Assembly: GCA_004431415.1 (NCBI GenBank)
Contig: QPMI01000151.1
Location: forward strand, 750-64,749
Source of the DNA: Cyanophora paradoxa CCMP329
Taxonomy: Eukaryota > Plantae > Glaucophyta
Length of the DNA: 64,000 bases
Direction of reading: 5' to 3'
A program made the position numbers and the translations under genes. This document shows, piece after piece, positions 14,001 through 25,472 of the stretch. The notes under the pieces are model-generated. The model saw only the letters and a list, made by a program, of their open reading frames with translations. It was not told the DNA's origin and ran no database searches. Every line of letters starts with the position of its first letter. Within the stretch, counting starts at the first letter, position 1.

Positions 14001-14920
14001 CCGGAAGGAGGGGGAGGGGGTACAGACGAGGAGAGCGAGCCGTCAAGACGGAGCACGGCTTGGAGTGTCCCGCGCCAATACCAGCGACGGCTTGAAAAGG
14101 ACTACGCTGACCGCCTCGCCAGTGATCGCGACAGACGTTCGCGTGCGGCCCGAGATCTGCACGAAGCCTCGCGGGAGAGGACGGCGACGACGCTCGAACG
14201 GCGACGCCAACTGGCAGAGATGGGCCGTACCCCGTCTGAGATCGACGCGCTCGTACCCCTGCCCTCTGTTCGGAACCGAACCCCGGAGGAGCGGCGCAGA
14301 CGGCGACAATCCCGCAAGGCGCTGAACGCCAAGGCATGCCCCGTACCGCGGGTGAAGCCTCCCAAGGGCAAGAATTCACGGCAGTCTCGATATGCCATTG
14401 CGCCCCCGTCGCATCTCGACGTTGCTGACGAGGAAGAGTACATGCACTTCCTGCAGCAAGAACGTGACCTCGGTCGTCCGCGACCTGATCCCACTTCTAG
14501 CAGCGCTATCGCCCCGCTGGACGAAGGTGAAGGCGCCCAGAATGAGCCGACACACGTTCGCTTGCCGCGTGGCACCGTTGTCATGGACACCTGGAGCGAG
14601 GGCCCCCGCCCCCTCGTTGACGTTCCTCCGCCACCGACGATCCGTGAACTTGTTTCCGATGGGACCGCGGTCATCATGGCTCAGGCTCGTGACCCTCTTT
14701 GCCAGATGGTGTTCGCACTTCTTCGCGAGAAGGAGAACCTGGCGCGCTGTCACTCCCACTACACTGCTGGTGAACGTGACCCGGAGGTGCTTGGGAGCTG
14801 CATTCTCTGCAAGTCTGCACGCGATCGCTTCGCTCGTGAAGCTACTCAGTACACGATCGATGAGCAAGATACCGTACTGCGGTTGCCCTTGCTCCCCACT
14901 ATGCGGCCTCAGATCGTTGT
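11019..14920 (+). CDS. pol: Pol: reverse transcriptase, RNase H and a low-complexity insert
   Basis: RT motifs [42 protein letters not shown] and AYVDDL (12516). RNase H motifs IYTDWS...GAVLMQ...TEGECIAV...TDHSAL...ADCCSR. Confidence 0.97.
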
Positions 14921-16180
14921 ACCCCAGAGTGGCGGGAGAAGATTGTTCACGCTTACCACGATGACTGGGCTCACCGTGGTGCCCCCATTGTTGCTCGGCG
15001 CATCGCCTCACGGTTTTGGTGGCCGGGCATGACGACTGCTGTCCATCGCTACGTGAAGACGTGCCGACACTGTCAGTTTGCCAAGGCTCACAAGAAGCCG
15101 AAGTCACAATTCACTGTGATCGAGTCTGAGCATCCTGGCGACTTGCGTCAAGCCGATCACTTCCCTATGGCGCCCTCTGAGAACGGTCGACTTCACCGTT
15201 TCACACTTGTGCACATTGACGTCGACGCTTTTACCAAGTACCCTGAGATTTTGATGCTGACGGAGGCTGATGGTCGTGCCTGTGAGTGGGCTGCACAAAC
15301 TGTGTACGCGAATCACGGCCCTTGCAAGCGGTATCTCACGGATAACGCCAAGGTCTTCACGCCTACTAGTCTCTGGGGCAAATTCTGGACTCGCCAGGGT
15401 ACTCGGTTGATTTACGCTCCCACGTCCCACCAGTCCACGAACGGCGGTGCTGAGCGGCTTGGTGGCATTTACAAGCGCTTGGTGTATGCTCTTTGCGATG
15501 AGAACGGGGAGGACAATTCCCATTGGCCTTTCTATCATTATCGCGTGCTCTTCGCTCTCCGGACCACGATTCACGCTGCCACTGGTTTTTCACCCGCCGC
15601 TCTGCACTTTGGACGAGAATTGATGTTGCCTGGCGATCTTCGTCTCGACCTCACCCTGCGCGAACCTCACGAAGATCCCGTTTCTCTCTACGATTACGCT
15701 TTGTCGGTCGCTCGAGCCGCCCGCGACCAAATCTCTGCCGTCCGAGAACACCGCAAACTTTACAACAAGAAGTTGCTTCGCTATGGCACTGGCCGTGAGC
15801 CGCATCGTGTTTTCAAGCCTGGTGACAAAGTGTTGTGCTGGATTATCAGCGCGAAGACCAGTAACGTCAAGCGCACTGGGCCTCGCAATGGTTGGACTGG
15901 CCCTTACACTGTCACTGAGGTTCACTCTCACGGTCTTTTGTACACTGTCCGAGGCGATGACACTTCACTGGTGTATCGCTCGCGCGAGGTTCTCATGCAC
16001 GTTGATCTCATGATCGCTTTTCACGAGCGTCCTGCCAATGTTCTCGCTCCCCGCAAAGCCGGTCGCCCTCGCAAGGCCCCCGTGCCTGTGCCGCCCGATC
16101 ATGAGGTCCCCGTGCCTCCGCCACCTGCCGTTGATCCCGATTCACTTTCCGATGATGACACGACGGATGACGAGTCTTGA
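14921..16180 (+). CDS. Integrase (H2C2 zinc finger, DDE core, GPY/F motif, C-terminal AT-hook)
   Basis: In the frame of ORF 15029-16180, extended upstream: EWREKIVHAYHDDWAHRG...RFWWPGM...YVKTCRHCQ, then ADHF / TDNA / GAER catalytic triad, WTGPYTV and RKAGRPRK. Joined to pol by one missing C in GTACCCCAG (~14920). Confidence 0.95.
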   Translation, partial: TPEWREKIVHAYHDDWAHRGAPIVARRIASRFWWPGMTTAVHRYVKTCRHCQFAKAHKKPKSQFTVIESEHPGDLRQADHFPMAPSENGRLHRFTLVHIDVDAFTKYPEILMLTEADGRACEWAAQTVYANHGPCKRYLTDNAKVFTPTSLWGKFWTRQGTRLIYAPTSHQSTNGGAERLGGIYKRLVYALCDENGEDNSHWPFYHYRVLFALRTTIHAATGFSPAALHFGRELMLPGDLRLDLTLREPHEDPVSLYDYALSVARAARDQISAVREHRKLYNKKLLRYGTGREPHRVFKPGDKVLCWIISAKTSNVKRTGPRNGWTGPYTVTEVHSHGLLYTVRGDDTSLVYRSREVLMHVDLMIAFHERPANVLAPRKAGRPRKAPVPVPPDHEVPVPPPPAVDPDSLSDDDTTDDES

Positions 16181-16388
16181 ATCACAGCCCGTACTGCGGT
16201 TTACCGGATTCACTTCCGTTGTCGATGACGTGCCCTTCACTGGGATGTGGCTTGCGAGTTTCGGGAATTCTCTCTTGGCGCTGGGTCAGCGGCTGATCAC
16301 TGCTGCCTGGTTTGCCCTCAACCAAATGCGCAGCTCTACATCTCTTCTGATCCAGCCGCGTGGAAGCGTCTGTGAGGACCTGGAGAGC

Positions 16389-17485
16389 TGTTGCCGATAG
16401 GGTTTCCTAGCCGTTAGTGCTTCGTTTGCACTTCGTTCGCAGTAGTACCGTGACTTGACCCGCGGCTTCTCGCGATTTCCTGAGTCACTGTACCCCTGTA
16501 CGAAGATGCGACCCTAGCTACTTTTTCTGACTCTAGCTTGATACTTTCCGGTAGCCGTGTCCTAGGGTACACAGTAGTCTGTGATTAGCAGCTTTCTCTT
16601 GCAACGTGACAGCCTGCTCGCCTGCTGCTGGTACGCTACGGGAAGGTTGCTAAGGTCTACTGGGACGTATAAAACCTCCTAAAACACTCCTCCCGGACTC
16701 GTGGTCGTACCCGTCGCCGGCTTGCCGAGCCTACGGCTCCTTCTACTTCCCCCCGGCGGTTTGCCGGGCCGGACCCTCCGGCCTTTGTTCTTGATACCGG
16801 ACTGCCGCCTTTGCCTTCGTCTTCTGCTTCGCTGGTCGCGATCGTATCCCGCCGGCGCCGGCGTACTTCTTCGTCTTCTAGTTTAGTTCGGTCTGGTTCG
16901 GATTCTGATCGTAGTGTTGATGCTAGAGTTAGTTTCAATACTAGCTATAGTCCTCGTGCTCGACCTGTTGTTCGCCGTCGTTTGCAGTTCGATTGCCCGC
17001 CTCGAGCCCGGCCGGCTTTAGTGATTCCTTTGACTGTCCTTTTGCCTGCTCTTGATCCGCCTGCTCCGCCTCCTGTGTCCTCCTCGACCTCGTGCCGTAG
17101 CTCTGCCCTTTCGCATCGTCCTGCTTCGCCTCCGCCTCCATGTCGTCTTGTTGTTCCTCTTACTTGTCTTCTTCCTGTTATTTATCTTTCTCAATTTTGT
17201 CCCCCGCTTCTTAGTGATGTAATTCCTTCTGATATTGATGGTATCTCTAGCTCTGGCTCTTCTTCGTGTCAGTTATCCTCTGTCCCTAGATCTGCTCGAT
17301 TTATCGTCTCTTCTCGCTATCGATCTGTCTCGAGCTCTGTGTCTTTCCTTTTTTATTGTCGATTTTGGCTCTTTGTCTTATCTTTCTTCGTGCTCTTGTC
17401 TTAGTTTTTTTGCTTTTTTGTCTTTATGCCCCCTGGGCAGCCCCCGCAGTGCTGGTGTCTAGAGACTGTGGCCGGTAATTCACCA
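16389..17485 (+). repeat. Candidate 3' LTR / terminal region of the retroelement
   Basis: Starts with TG after a weak purine tract (GGAGAGC), has TATAAAA at ~16668 and ends CACCA. The last 55-165 bp are repeated elsewhere. No 5' partner is visible, so the left boundary is a guess. Confidence 0.35.
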
Positions 17486-18115
17486 AAAAAAAAACCGCGG
17501 CACTAATTATAACGCCGCCAGCTGGCGCCGCCGCGGCCCGCCGGCCGCCGCCGCGTTATGCTGGTAAACGGTTGCGATCAAGATTTCGCTTACCAAAAAA
17601 AAGATCTCTATATACTATATAGCTGCAATATTTTCCATACATAAATCATTGAAATCTAACGACTAACCGCAGGACTTGCGCGCAGGCTCGCGGCGGCCAC
17701 TGCAGCTGCAGTTCCAGTTCCGCAGCGCCCGTCCCCCCGCGCCCCTTGTCCCCGTGCGCGCGCTCCACGCCCGCACGCCGTCCCCCGATGTGTGCGCTCC
17801 CCGCGCCGCGCTCCCTCCGCGGCCCCCCGCGCCCCGGCTCTGATGCCCCCCGCGGGCCCCACCGGTCCGCCGCGCCCCTTGCCCATCCTCAAGCCCCCCC
17901 GCCGCGCTCCTCGCCTTCCCCCCCCGCCCTCGGTGCGCGCCCGGCGACCTTCAAAATCCAATCCATCAATCGATGCGCTTCCGGCTCTATAGCTAGATCT
18001 GCTCGCTTTTGTGGATACCCATGATATTTACCGGCCATGCATGTGGCGAGTAGTGGTGCTTTTCGAATCTGACCGGGCCGCGGCCGGGCCGGCACCCGCG
18101 CCGGGCGATCGCAGC

Positions 18116-21100
18116 TGCCGCACACGCTGAAGCTGGACGACCACTTCGACTGCGGCGAGCTGCGCCGCCTCGCCGACGCCGGCAGCGCCGTGCGGCCCGG
18201 CCCGCCCCTAAATATGATGCTTATGCTTGCATGCGCAGCCATAATACGATGCTTATAATTATTATGCTTGCAGCTATATATAGTACGATAGGCTCTCTAA
18301 ATACAAAGCCTGCGCCGCGCGACCCGCCCCGCGAGCCATGCAGATGGCTAGCGCACATAGGCAGCCCCTTTGGTGCTGCAGCTGGTGCCCAGTGACTGTG
18401 GCTAGCGCTGGTGCCGACACGCGGCTCGGCGCACGCGCGCGCAGGTGGCGGCGCGGCTGCTGGTCTGCCGGCGCCACTGGGACGCCGGGTTCGCCCTCTG
18501 GCACGCCGGCCGCATCGCCGAGGCGGTGCGCTGGGTTAATGTTGGGAGCTGGATCAGAGCTGCAGCAGCTGTGCAGGAGACCTAGGCTTAGGCCTAGGGG
18601 CCACCCTCGCTGATTGTGATCGCGATTGCCGGGCCGGCAGGTGCCGCACATGGCGTGCGAATTAAAACCTGCGCCGAGCGGCCCGCCCCGCCCCTTAATA
18701 TGATGCTTATAGTTAAAGCTATGCTATGATAGGCTATGCAGCTGCGCATGCGCAGGAGATACTCTAAATTAAACCTCGCTGATAGCGATACTGATTGCCG
18801 GGCCGGCAGGTGCCGCACATGGCGTACGCGGTGAAGCGCGAGAGCTGCGTGGCCGTCGTCCCCCAGCCCCTCGAGGGGCGCCTCCTCGTCCGCCCGCGGC
18901 CGCCCCCTAAAGTTAATTAGAGAGAAGGAAGTTAAATTAGCGCTCCTACCTAAGGCTCCTACCTGGTCCGCGAGTATTATTTATGTATCGAGGGCCGCCT
19001 CCTCGTCCGCCCGCCCGCCCCCTTTCTTGATATCGATAAATATATCCACTTGAACGTTATAATTAGCTTCTCCTCGTCGTTATAATACGTTATAATAACT
19101 TGAGGGCGCCTCCTGGTCCGCCCGCCCGCCCCTCCCGCCCGCCCGCCCGCCCCGCCCCCTTAAGCTCTCTTGATATGCGTCCACTTGAACGTTGACTTCC
19201 GCCCGCCCCTATCGCCCGCCCGCCCGCCCGCCCCGCCCCTTAAGCTCTCTTGATATGCGTCCACTTGAACGTTGACTTCCGCCCGCCCCCTATCGCCCGC
19301 CCGCCCGCCCGCCCCGCCCCTTAAGCTCTCTTGATATGCATCCACTTGAACGTTGACTTCCGCCCGCCCCCGCCCCCCCCCGCCCCCCCCCCTATTCACT
19401 CAACCTTCTCGTGATCATGATCGATTCTCGCTTCTGTTGTTCGCGCAGTCGGAGGTGCGCGGCTTCGCGAGGGAGAACCCGAACGACCCCGACGCCGTCG
19501 CTCTCCTCTGCTGCCTCGTGCGCCCCGGCCCCGCCCTCCGGTCTATAATTAGACGCACAACCTCGTGGTCGGCTGCCTCGTACGCCCCGCTTCGATCTAT
19601 ATTTAGATGCACAATGCATTTTTTCCTTCCGGAAAGCGCCCGCGCCCGTGCACGTCGGCAGCCACCTGGTCATCTCGCTCCGATCGGCGCCTCGAGACGG
19701 CTCACGGCGCGCGGCCGCGTGCGCAGGACCCGCGGAGCCGGAGCGCGCCGCTGGTGGCGGCGCAGGCGCGGCGCGCCCTCGCCCTCGCCCCGACGACTGG
19801 GCCCTCCACTCGTCCGTCCGGGCCCCGAGCCCCCGCCCCGCCCCGCGGCCCCGCCCCGCCCCGCCCGCCCCGCCCCGCCCCGCCCCGAGAGAATTTTGAG
19901 AGAGGCGCCCGGCGCGGGGCCGCGGTCGCGGCTGACCGCCCGCCCGCCCTCCGGATCCGCGGCGCGCGCAGGCTGGCGGCGAGCCTGGTGGTCTTCGCTC
20001 AGGTCCGTGCCCGCTCGATCGCTCGCGAGCTCTCCAGGGCAGCCGCGTCTCGCTCTAAATCTCTAGATCTGCTGCCTTCCTCGTATGAAATGATGTTTTA
20101 CTTAAAGAGACGACGTCATCGAAATCGACGATGCTTTCAATAAGAAGGGGCCAGCGCCCGCGCCTGACAGCAGGGCCGCGCAGGACTTTGCGGAGGCGGC
20201 GCGGCTCCTGCGGCGCGCCCTCGCGCTCCTCGGCGGCCCCGGGCCCCGAGGCCGACGCCCCCACCGCCCGCCCCTCCTCTTCTTCCTCGGCTCCGCGTGC
20301 GCCCCACAAATATTAATGACCACAACTTTATAGCTGCAAATTAGCTGCGTGTACAATATCCCCCTAGGTCCCAATCAGGCAATACCTTGACCTGTGAGAT
20401 TATAATAAGCTAGCGAAGAAGAGCTAAGCGGCCTTGAAGAAGAACTAAGCCCGTGCCCAACTTGAACGAGATACACGAGTTCTAATCACGCGTGTTTCGC
20501 GATCGCAGGGAGTCGCGGGTGCCGGGGCGGCGGGCCGAGGGCATCGCCGCCCTCGAGTCGTACGTCGCCGTCGCCTCCCCGACGACCGGTGCGCCCTTAT
20601 ATTTGATTGTAAGCTAAAGAAAGCTTGAGGGTCATTGACGCTCTAAAGAAAGCCTCAGTTCGAGAAATCAGAGGGCTAGGGAATTTATAATATATAACGT
20701 TAACATGAATTCCTTGGCGCAGGGAGTTTGCGGAGGGGCACTTCCAGCTCGCGTACCACTGCATGCAGGAGGCGAGATCTAGATGCCGCCTCCGATGCCG
20801 CTTCTTCTTCTTATTTCGAGGGTCGGCATCGCTGATCCGCTGTTGAACGTTGACAGGGGCGCCCCGCGGACGCCGTCCGTTGGTACGAGAAGGGGCTGGT
20901 GAGCCCCGCCCTCGACACTGACTTCCTTATATACATAATTTGTTATCCTATGCAACCTTCCCTTATGATAACTTATATAATGGAGCTGGTGAGCCCGGGC
21001 ATGGCCCCCGGGCATAATCCTTGAGCTTTGCGGCTGGCGTATACAATCGCCTTCAGCTTTGTCCTCGGCGGTCCCAATCGCCTTGAGCCTTAATTTTATG

Positions 21101-21874
21101 CCCGCCCGTCCTGGGACTATGTCTAGACCAGGCCCAGGCCCTTATGTTATGTGATTAATAAGCTCTTATAATTCAATTATGCCCGGCCGGCCCGCCTGAT
21201 CTTCAGCTTATGTTATGTGATTCTCGCAGGAGGCGGAGCGGGGCGTGCTGCGCGTCTTCTCCGCGGCCGGCCTCTGCGACTCGCGCTTCAAGGCGACCCT
21301 CCAGGGCGCTCTCGCCGGCCTCCGCGCCCAGGCGAGGGCGGGCGCGGGCGGACGCCGCAGCGCGGCCGCCAACGCCACCGGCGCCACCGCCGGCGCCGGC
21401 GGTGGCGCCGCGGGCCAGGATGAGCGCCCTCGCGCCCAGGCGAGGGCGGCCCGTGGCCGGGATCGTGATCAAGATCAGCACCAGGCGAGCGCGAGCGGAC
21501 GCCGCAGCGCGGCCGCCGCCAGCGCCGGCGGCGGCGCCGCCGCCGCGGCCCAGGATCAGGATCGTGATCAAGGGAACTGCGAGCGCGCCGACGCCCAGGC
21601 GGGCGTGCAGGCGTCCGCCCACCGCAGCGCGCCCGCGGGCCATGATGATCAGGACCCGGACGAGGGGAACTGCGCGGCCTGCGGCGCCATCGGCTCCTCG
21701 CTCCGCTGCGGCCGCTGCCGGTGCGCGCTCGCTAAATCTTGGCCATGGGTCTGATTGGTATTAATATTGCGTGCGACAAACCTTCGACTCAGATCGGAGT
21801 TCTACTGCTCGCCGGACTGTCAGCGCGCGCACTGGCGGGAGCACAAGGCGGCTTGCCGCCCCGCCGCTTACTAA
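18116..21874 (+). CDS. Multi-exon gene for a protein with a C-terminal MYND zinc finger (start not resolved)
   Basis: The last two exons splice to NCAACGAIGSSLRCGRCR|SEFYCSPDCQRAHWREHKAACRPAAY*. Upstream GCAG-bounded small exons at ~18116, 18811, 19449, 19727, 19971, 20184, 20509, 20723 and 21230. Confidence 0.85.
19161..19380. repeat. Intronic ~80-bp tandem repeat (about 3 copies)
   Basis: TAAGCTCTCTTGATATGCGTCCACTTGAACGTTGACTTCCGCCCGCCCC... at 19161, 19241 and 19322, with a degenerate copy near 19025. Confidence 0.9.
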
Positions 21875-22986
21875 GATAAGATTGCTTACAAATTGAGGTC
21901 TCTAGGAGAAACTTTGAAAGCACATCGATATGAATATCCTCGATCCCTCTTTACGTGCACTCTATTTTCTGGTGGCCTTGATACTTTAAACTCGGAAATT
22001 TAACGGACATCTGTTTTTATTCAAGGCGCGCGGGGGCGCCCGCCGGATGGGCTTCAATCCGGGGGCTGCACCGGTACCCGGGGCCGTGTCGACGAGGAGG
22101 GGGCGGCGGCGTGGCTAGCGCTGTCGGCGGGGCGCTGGCCATGGGGGCCGCGGGCGTGGGGGCGGCCAACGAGGGGGTGGGCCGGGGGGGGGGGGGGGGG
22201 GGGGGGGAGGATGCTCGCCGGTATCCCCGTGGGCGGGGGGGGGGGGGGGGGGCGCTCCTGGCGGAGGGGGGAGGAGGCGACGTCGAGGCGCGCGCGCCCT
22301 TCCACGGAGGTCGGAATTCGAACCGTGAAACAGGCCGTACTCTTCTACGACGCCTTCGAATTCTTTTACGGCGTTCATTGCGGGGTGCAACTCGAGCAAC
22401 CGGTCTGACTACGATTTAAACGCGGCATGCGCACTGGTGCGTGCGCTAGCGGGGCGCTAATAAATAGTTCAGAACAGGATCTGGTTTCGAGCCATGATCA
22501 TCGGATCATGATAGCTTTCATGATCAATTGCCGACCGCGAGCTCGAGTCATGCGCTGTGCTTCTATCGCAGGTGGACTGCTCAAGCCTTTTCAAGCTTAA
22601 GCCATTAGTATTCCTCTTCTTTCCTGGCTTTGATTTGCCTAAATTAAGCTTCTTTCCTGGCTTTAATTCGCCTAAATTAAGATAGCTGATTCGCGTATCA
22701 TGCATATCTCGCGATTAGTCGCGGAGTGAAATAAAAAGCCGTCTAGAGAAGGCCGCAGTTGCAGTTGGCCAGTGATGTAGTGGCGAGCAGTACCTTAATT
22801 AAGTGATTAATTTTATTTGCTGATATACATGTTCATATGTACGGCGAAAACGAAAAGCGAAAGATCTTATATTATCGATATCTCACTCACTGTGGCGAGC
22901 GCTTGCTGCTGAATTCGAATATAAGGATTATGCTTGCAATGGTATTCTACCTGCAATCAAAGCTGATCATGAATTGCAGGGCTGCC

Positions 22987-25472
22987 TCACAGCAGCTGGG
23001 GCCGGGAGAGCGCCGCGTTGGCAATCGCAAGAGCGGAAGCAAAGGCAACAGCCGCGCTCCAGATTGAAGACGCTTCTGCGCCTGCAGCTGCGGAGCTTGA
23101 GACAAAAGGCCTGCGCTCGGAAATATAACAACCATCAATTGCAACTCGACGACGAGTCGACGACACGGGATCAATATTTCATCGGCGTTTAAATTATTCT
23201 GATCGAGAACGGACGCACACGGACGCGATCGTCGACGTCGGGGTCCACTGGAAGGCCTGCGTGCAGGAATTCGAAAGAAATGATTAATGTTCGGGTCACC
23301 GGCGGGAATTCGAAGGGTCCAGAATCGAATACGATCTCGCGATAAAATGGCTCAGAAATTCGCGCACGTTCTGGAGGGTGAACGCCTGCGCGCGCGAGTT
23401 TGAAGTGAGCACCCAAGTGCAACCCGGTCCGTCATCCAAATTATAAAGCGGACAACACTTTTCGCGCAAGAAAGCGGATTATAAAAAGGATTATAAGGCG
23501 CCAAATTATAAAGCGGATTATATTATTAAAGTTCGAAGGAAGCGCAAGTGCAACCCGGTCCGTCATCCAAATCATAAAGCGGATAACACTCTTTTCAATT
23601 ACTCAAACGTGCTCACCTGAAAGGCGTCGTTGACGCTCTTGATCTGGATGCCGTAGCCAGTCCCCTGGGAGAATTGGAGGAGGCTGCGCGCCGTCTGCCG
23701 GTTGCAGTTCGCCGAGAAGGGGGGGACGCCTGCGCACATACGGATTACATATTATATATATATAATTTAAGATGGCGTGAAACTTGCGAAGTTGAAGCAT
23801 CGAAATCGATCTCGCAAATTCAAAATCAAGCTTTTGTGCGCACGGAAGGTGATTTGGGTCGAAGAAAAGATGCGGGGGTTGAGGGCGGGGCAGCTCAGGC
23901 CGGACGACGCGAGGATCAAGATCTCGATAGGCTCCCCGGCAGGGAAGTTTTCACCGAACAAACTCACTTCTCCGCCCGTCTGCAGAAATAGAAATCGAAT
24001 TGATTACGTATGCGAGCTTAGCCATCGGATCGTTTTCCGAAGTTAATTAAACAGCGGGGCGATATCGATGCGCACGGGAGGGGCCTGGATGACGGGGCGC
24101 GTGAGGCGTGCCGAATTCGTCGCATCGAACTCGAGGGTGACCCCGGGAAGGCCCGTGTTCACGCCTTGCACGATGATCCTCGTGATGTTGAGCGTCTGCG
24201 TGCGGGTTCCACGCGTACGTCAGCATGCGCAAAGCAGAACAACATCGACATGTACACATAAGGCTTCCGATGATCACGAAAAGTTGAGTAAATTCCATGA
24301 GCATGAATTCGAACCTTGTGAATTGCGGGCGGCGCCGGCTTAGCTGTCGGGGTGGGAGTTGGTGCAGAGGGCGACGTGGTCGGGGTTGTTATTGGGGCCG
24401 CGTCAGGGCTTGAGGTTGGGGTCACAACGGCGGCCGTGGAGAGCGACGGGCTGGGGCTAGCACTGGGCGACGGGCTAGCGCTGGGCGGCGGGCTAGCGCT
24501 GGGCGAGGGGCTTGCGCTGGGCGACGGGCTTGCGCTGGGCGACGGGCTAGCGCTGGGGCTGGGCGAGGGAGACGGGGAGGGCGAGGGAGAGGAAAGACTG
24601 ATAGGCGTAGGGGGAGGTTTGGGAGGGGCCACGCAGACGTTGCTGGAATTGATGTTTGGCGACTGGCAATCGCAGAGAGGCTTGCCGTCTTGGGAGACGA
24701 TGGGGCTGTTTGGAGAGCATGCGGGGCGCACGCAGAGATTTCCACTGTATATCAGAGGAGAGTCGCAGACGCATAGAAGCTTGCCTTCACCGCTGAAGAT
24801 AGAGTCGTTGGGAGAGCATAATCCGATAGGAACCTTGCTGTTCTTGCAGAGGAAACAGGCAATTGCAGATAGGGGTGCCGGTTTCGCTGTTGAAGACAGG
24901 GGCGTTTAGAGAGCATGTTTGGACACAGTAGTTGTTTCCATCGGTGTGCACAACGAACGTAGTTGTTTCCCCGAGGTCGCCGGCGCCGGCTTGGCAGCAG
25001 CATGTGCCGTCGGCACGCTGTCCAGTCTTGCAAGGGGCAAGACCTTCGCCGCAGCCAGGATATCTGTGGGAGATCGACTTCGCACTGACGTAATTGTGAT
25101 CGAACTTGCGCGTGCGGGGTGCACGCGCACGGTCTGCACCTGCAGCTGCCAAGGCGGATTCGGATTGAAATTCGTTCATGTATATATGTGCGGGCGCTGA
25201 TCATGAATTGATCATGACGCACGTGCAAAAGGCTGTACAAGTGTAGAACTAGTGCGTAGGCTTGAGGCTGCCGGTGCGGAGAATTCGACGCCCACGCGCT
25301 CTGAAATGTCCGAGTATACGAAGCTATAGTTGGTGCATTTCGGGTGCTGGAACCAGTGGAACGACGCCTCAGACGCGTTCGCGACTGAGGCGCTGGCCGT
25401 AGCAAGGAAAAGCAGGCCGAAACAGGCGAACGCCGCGACACCCCACGCACACGAACGCGTGCGGTCCATCAT
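22987..25472 (-). CDS. Secreted/surface protein: signal peptide, Cys-rich repeats, (SP)n stalk, IPT/TIG-like domain, hydrophobic C-terminal tail
   Basis: N-terminus MMDRTRSCAWGVAAFACFGLLFLATASA; three CS..G.P.C.C..P..C units; SPSPSPSASPSP; TGGEVSLFGENFPAGEPIEI...SSTQITF; last exon ...WSAAVAFASALAIANAALSRPQLL*. One apparent frameshift near 24820. Confidence 0.75.
23414..23590. repeat. Intronic ~46-bp direct repeat
   Basis: CAAGTGCAACCCGGTCCGTCATCCAAAT(T/C)ATAAAGCGGA(C/T)AACACT at 23414 and 23545. Confidence 0.85.

Larger units (their letters stand above)
1..17494 (+). mobile_element. Giant Ty3/Gypsy-type retroelement (5' part outside the window)
   Basis: Intronless, compositionally uniform + strand coding block with domain order PR-RT-RNaseH-IN (Gypsy order). 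It is followed by ~1.3 kb of T-rich non-coding sequence ending CACCA-A-tract; this end is repeated elsewhere in the window. Confidence 0.9.

Noticed and set aside
16080-16400. Chromodomain (chromovirus)
   Set aside because: No YLVKW/TWEP-like motif seen in the frames inspected.
16038-17462. env-like or extra ORFs after the integrase (16038-16400, 16811-17404, antisense 16657-17141)
   Set aside because: Low-complexity translations explained by T/C skew, mostly non-ATG starts, and no signal peptide or fusion-protein features.
17440-17490. HDV-like, hammerhead or twister ribozyme at the element end
   Set aside because: The nested pairing is superficially HDV-like, but there is no P3/L3 (UCC..) loop or catalytic-C J4/2, and no CUGAUGA/GAAA hammerhead core.
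19161-19380. CRISPR array
   Set aside because: Units are near-identical along their whole length with no unique spacers; intronic, eukaryotic context, no cas genes.
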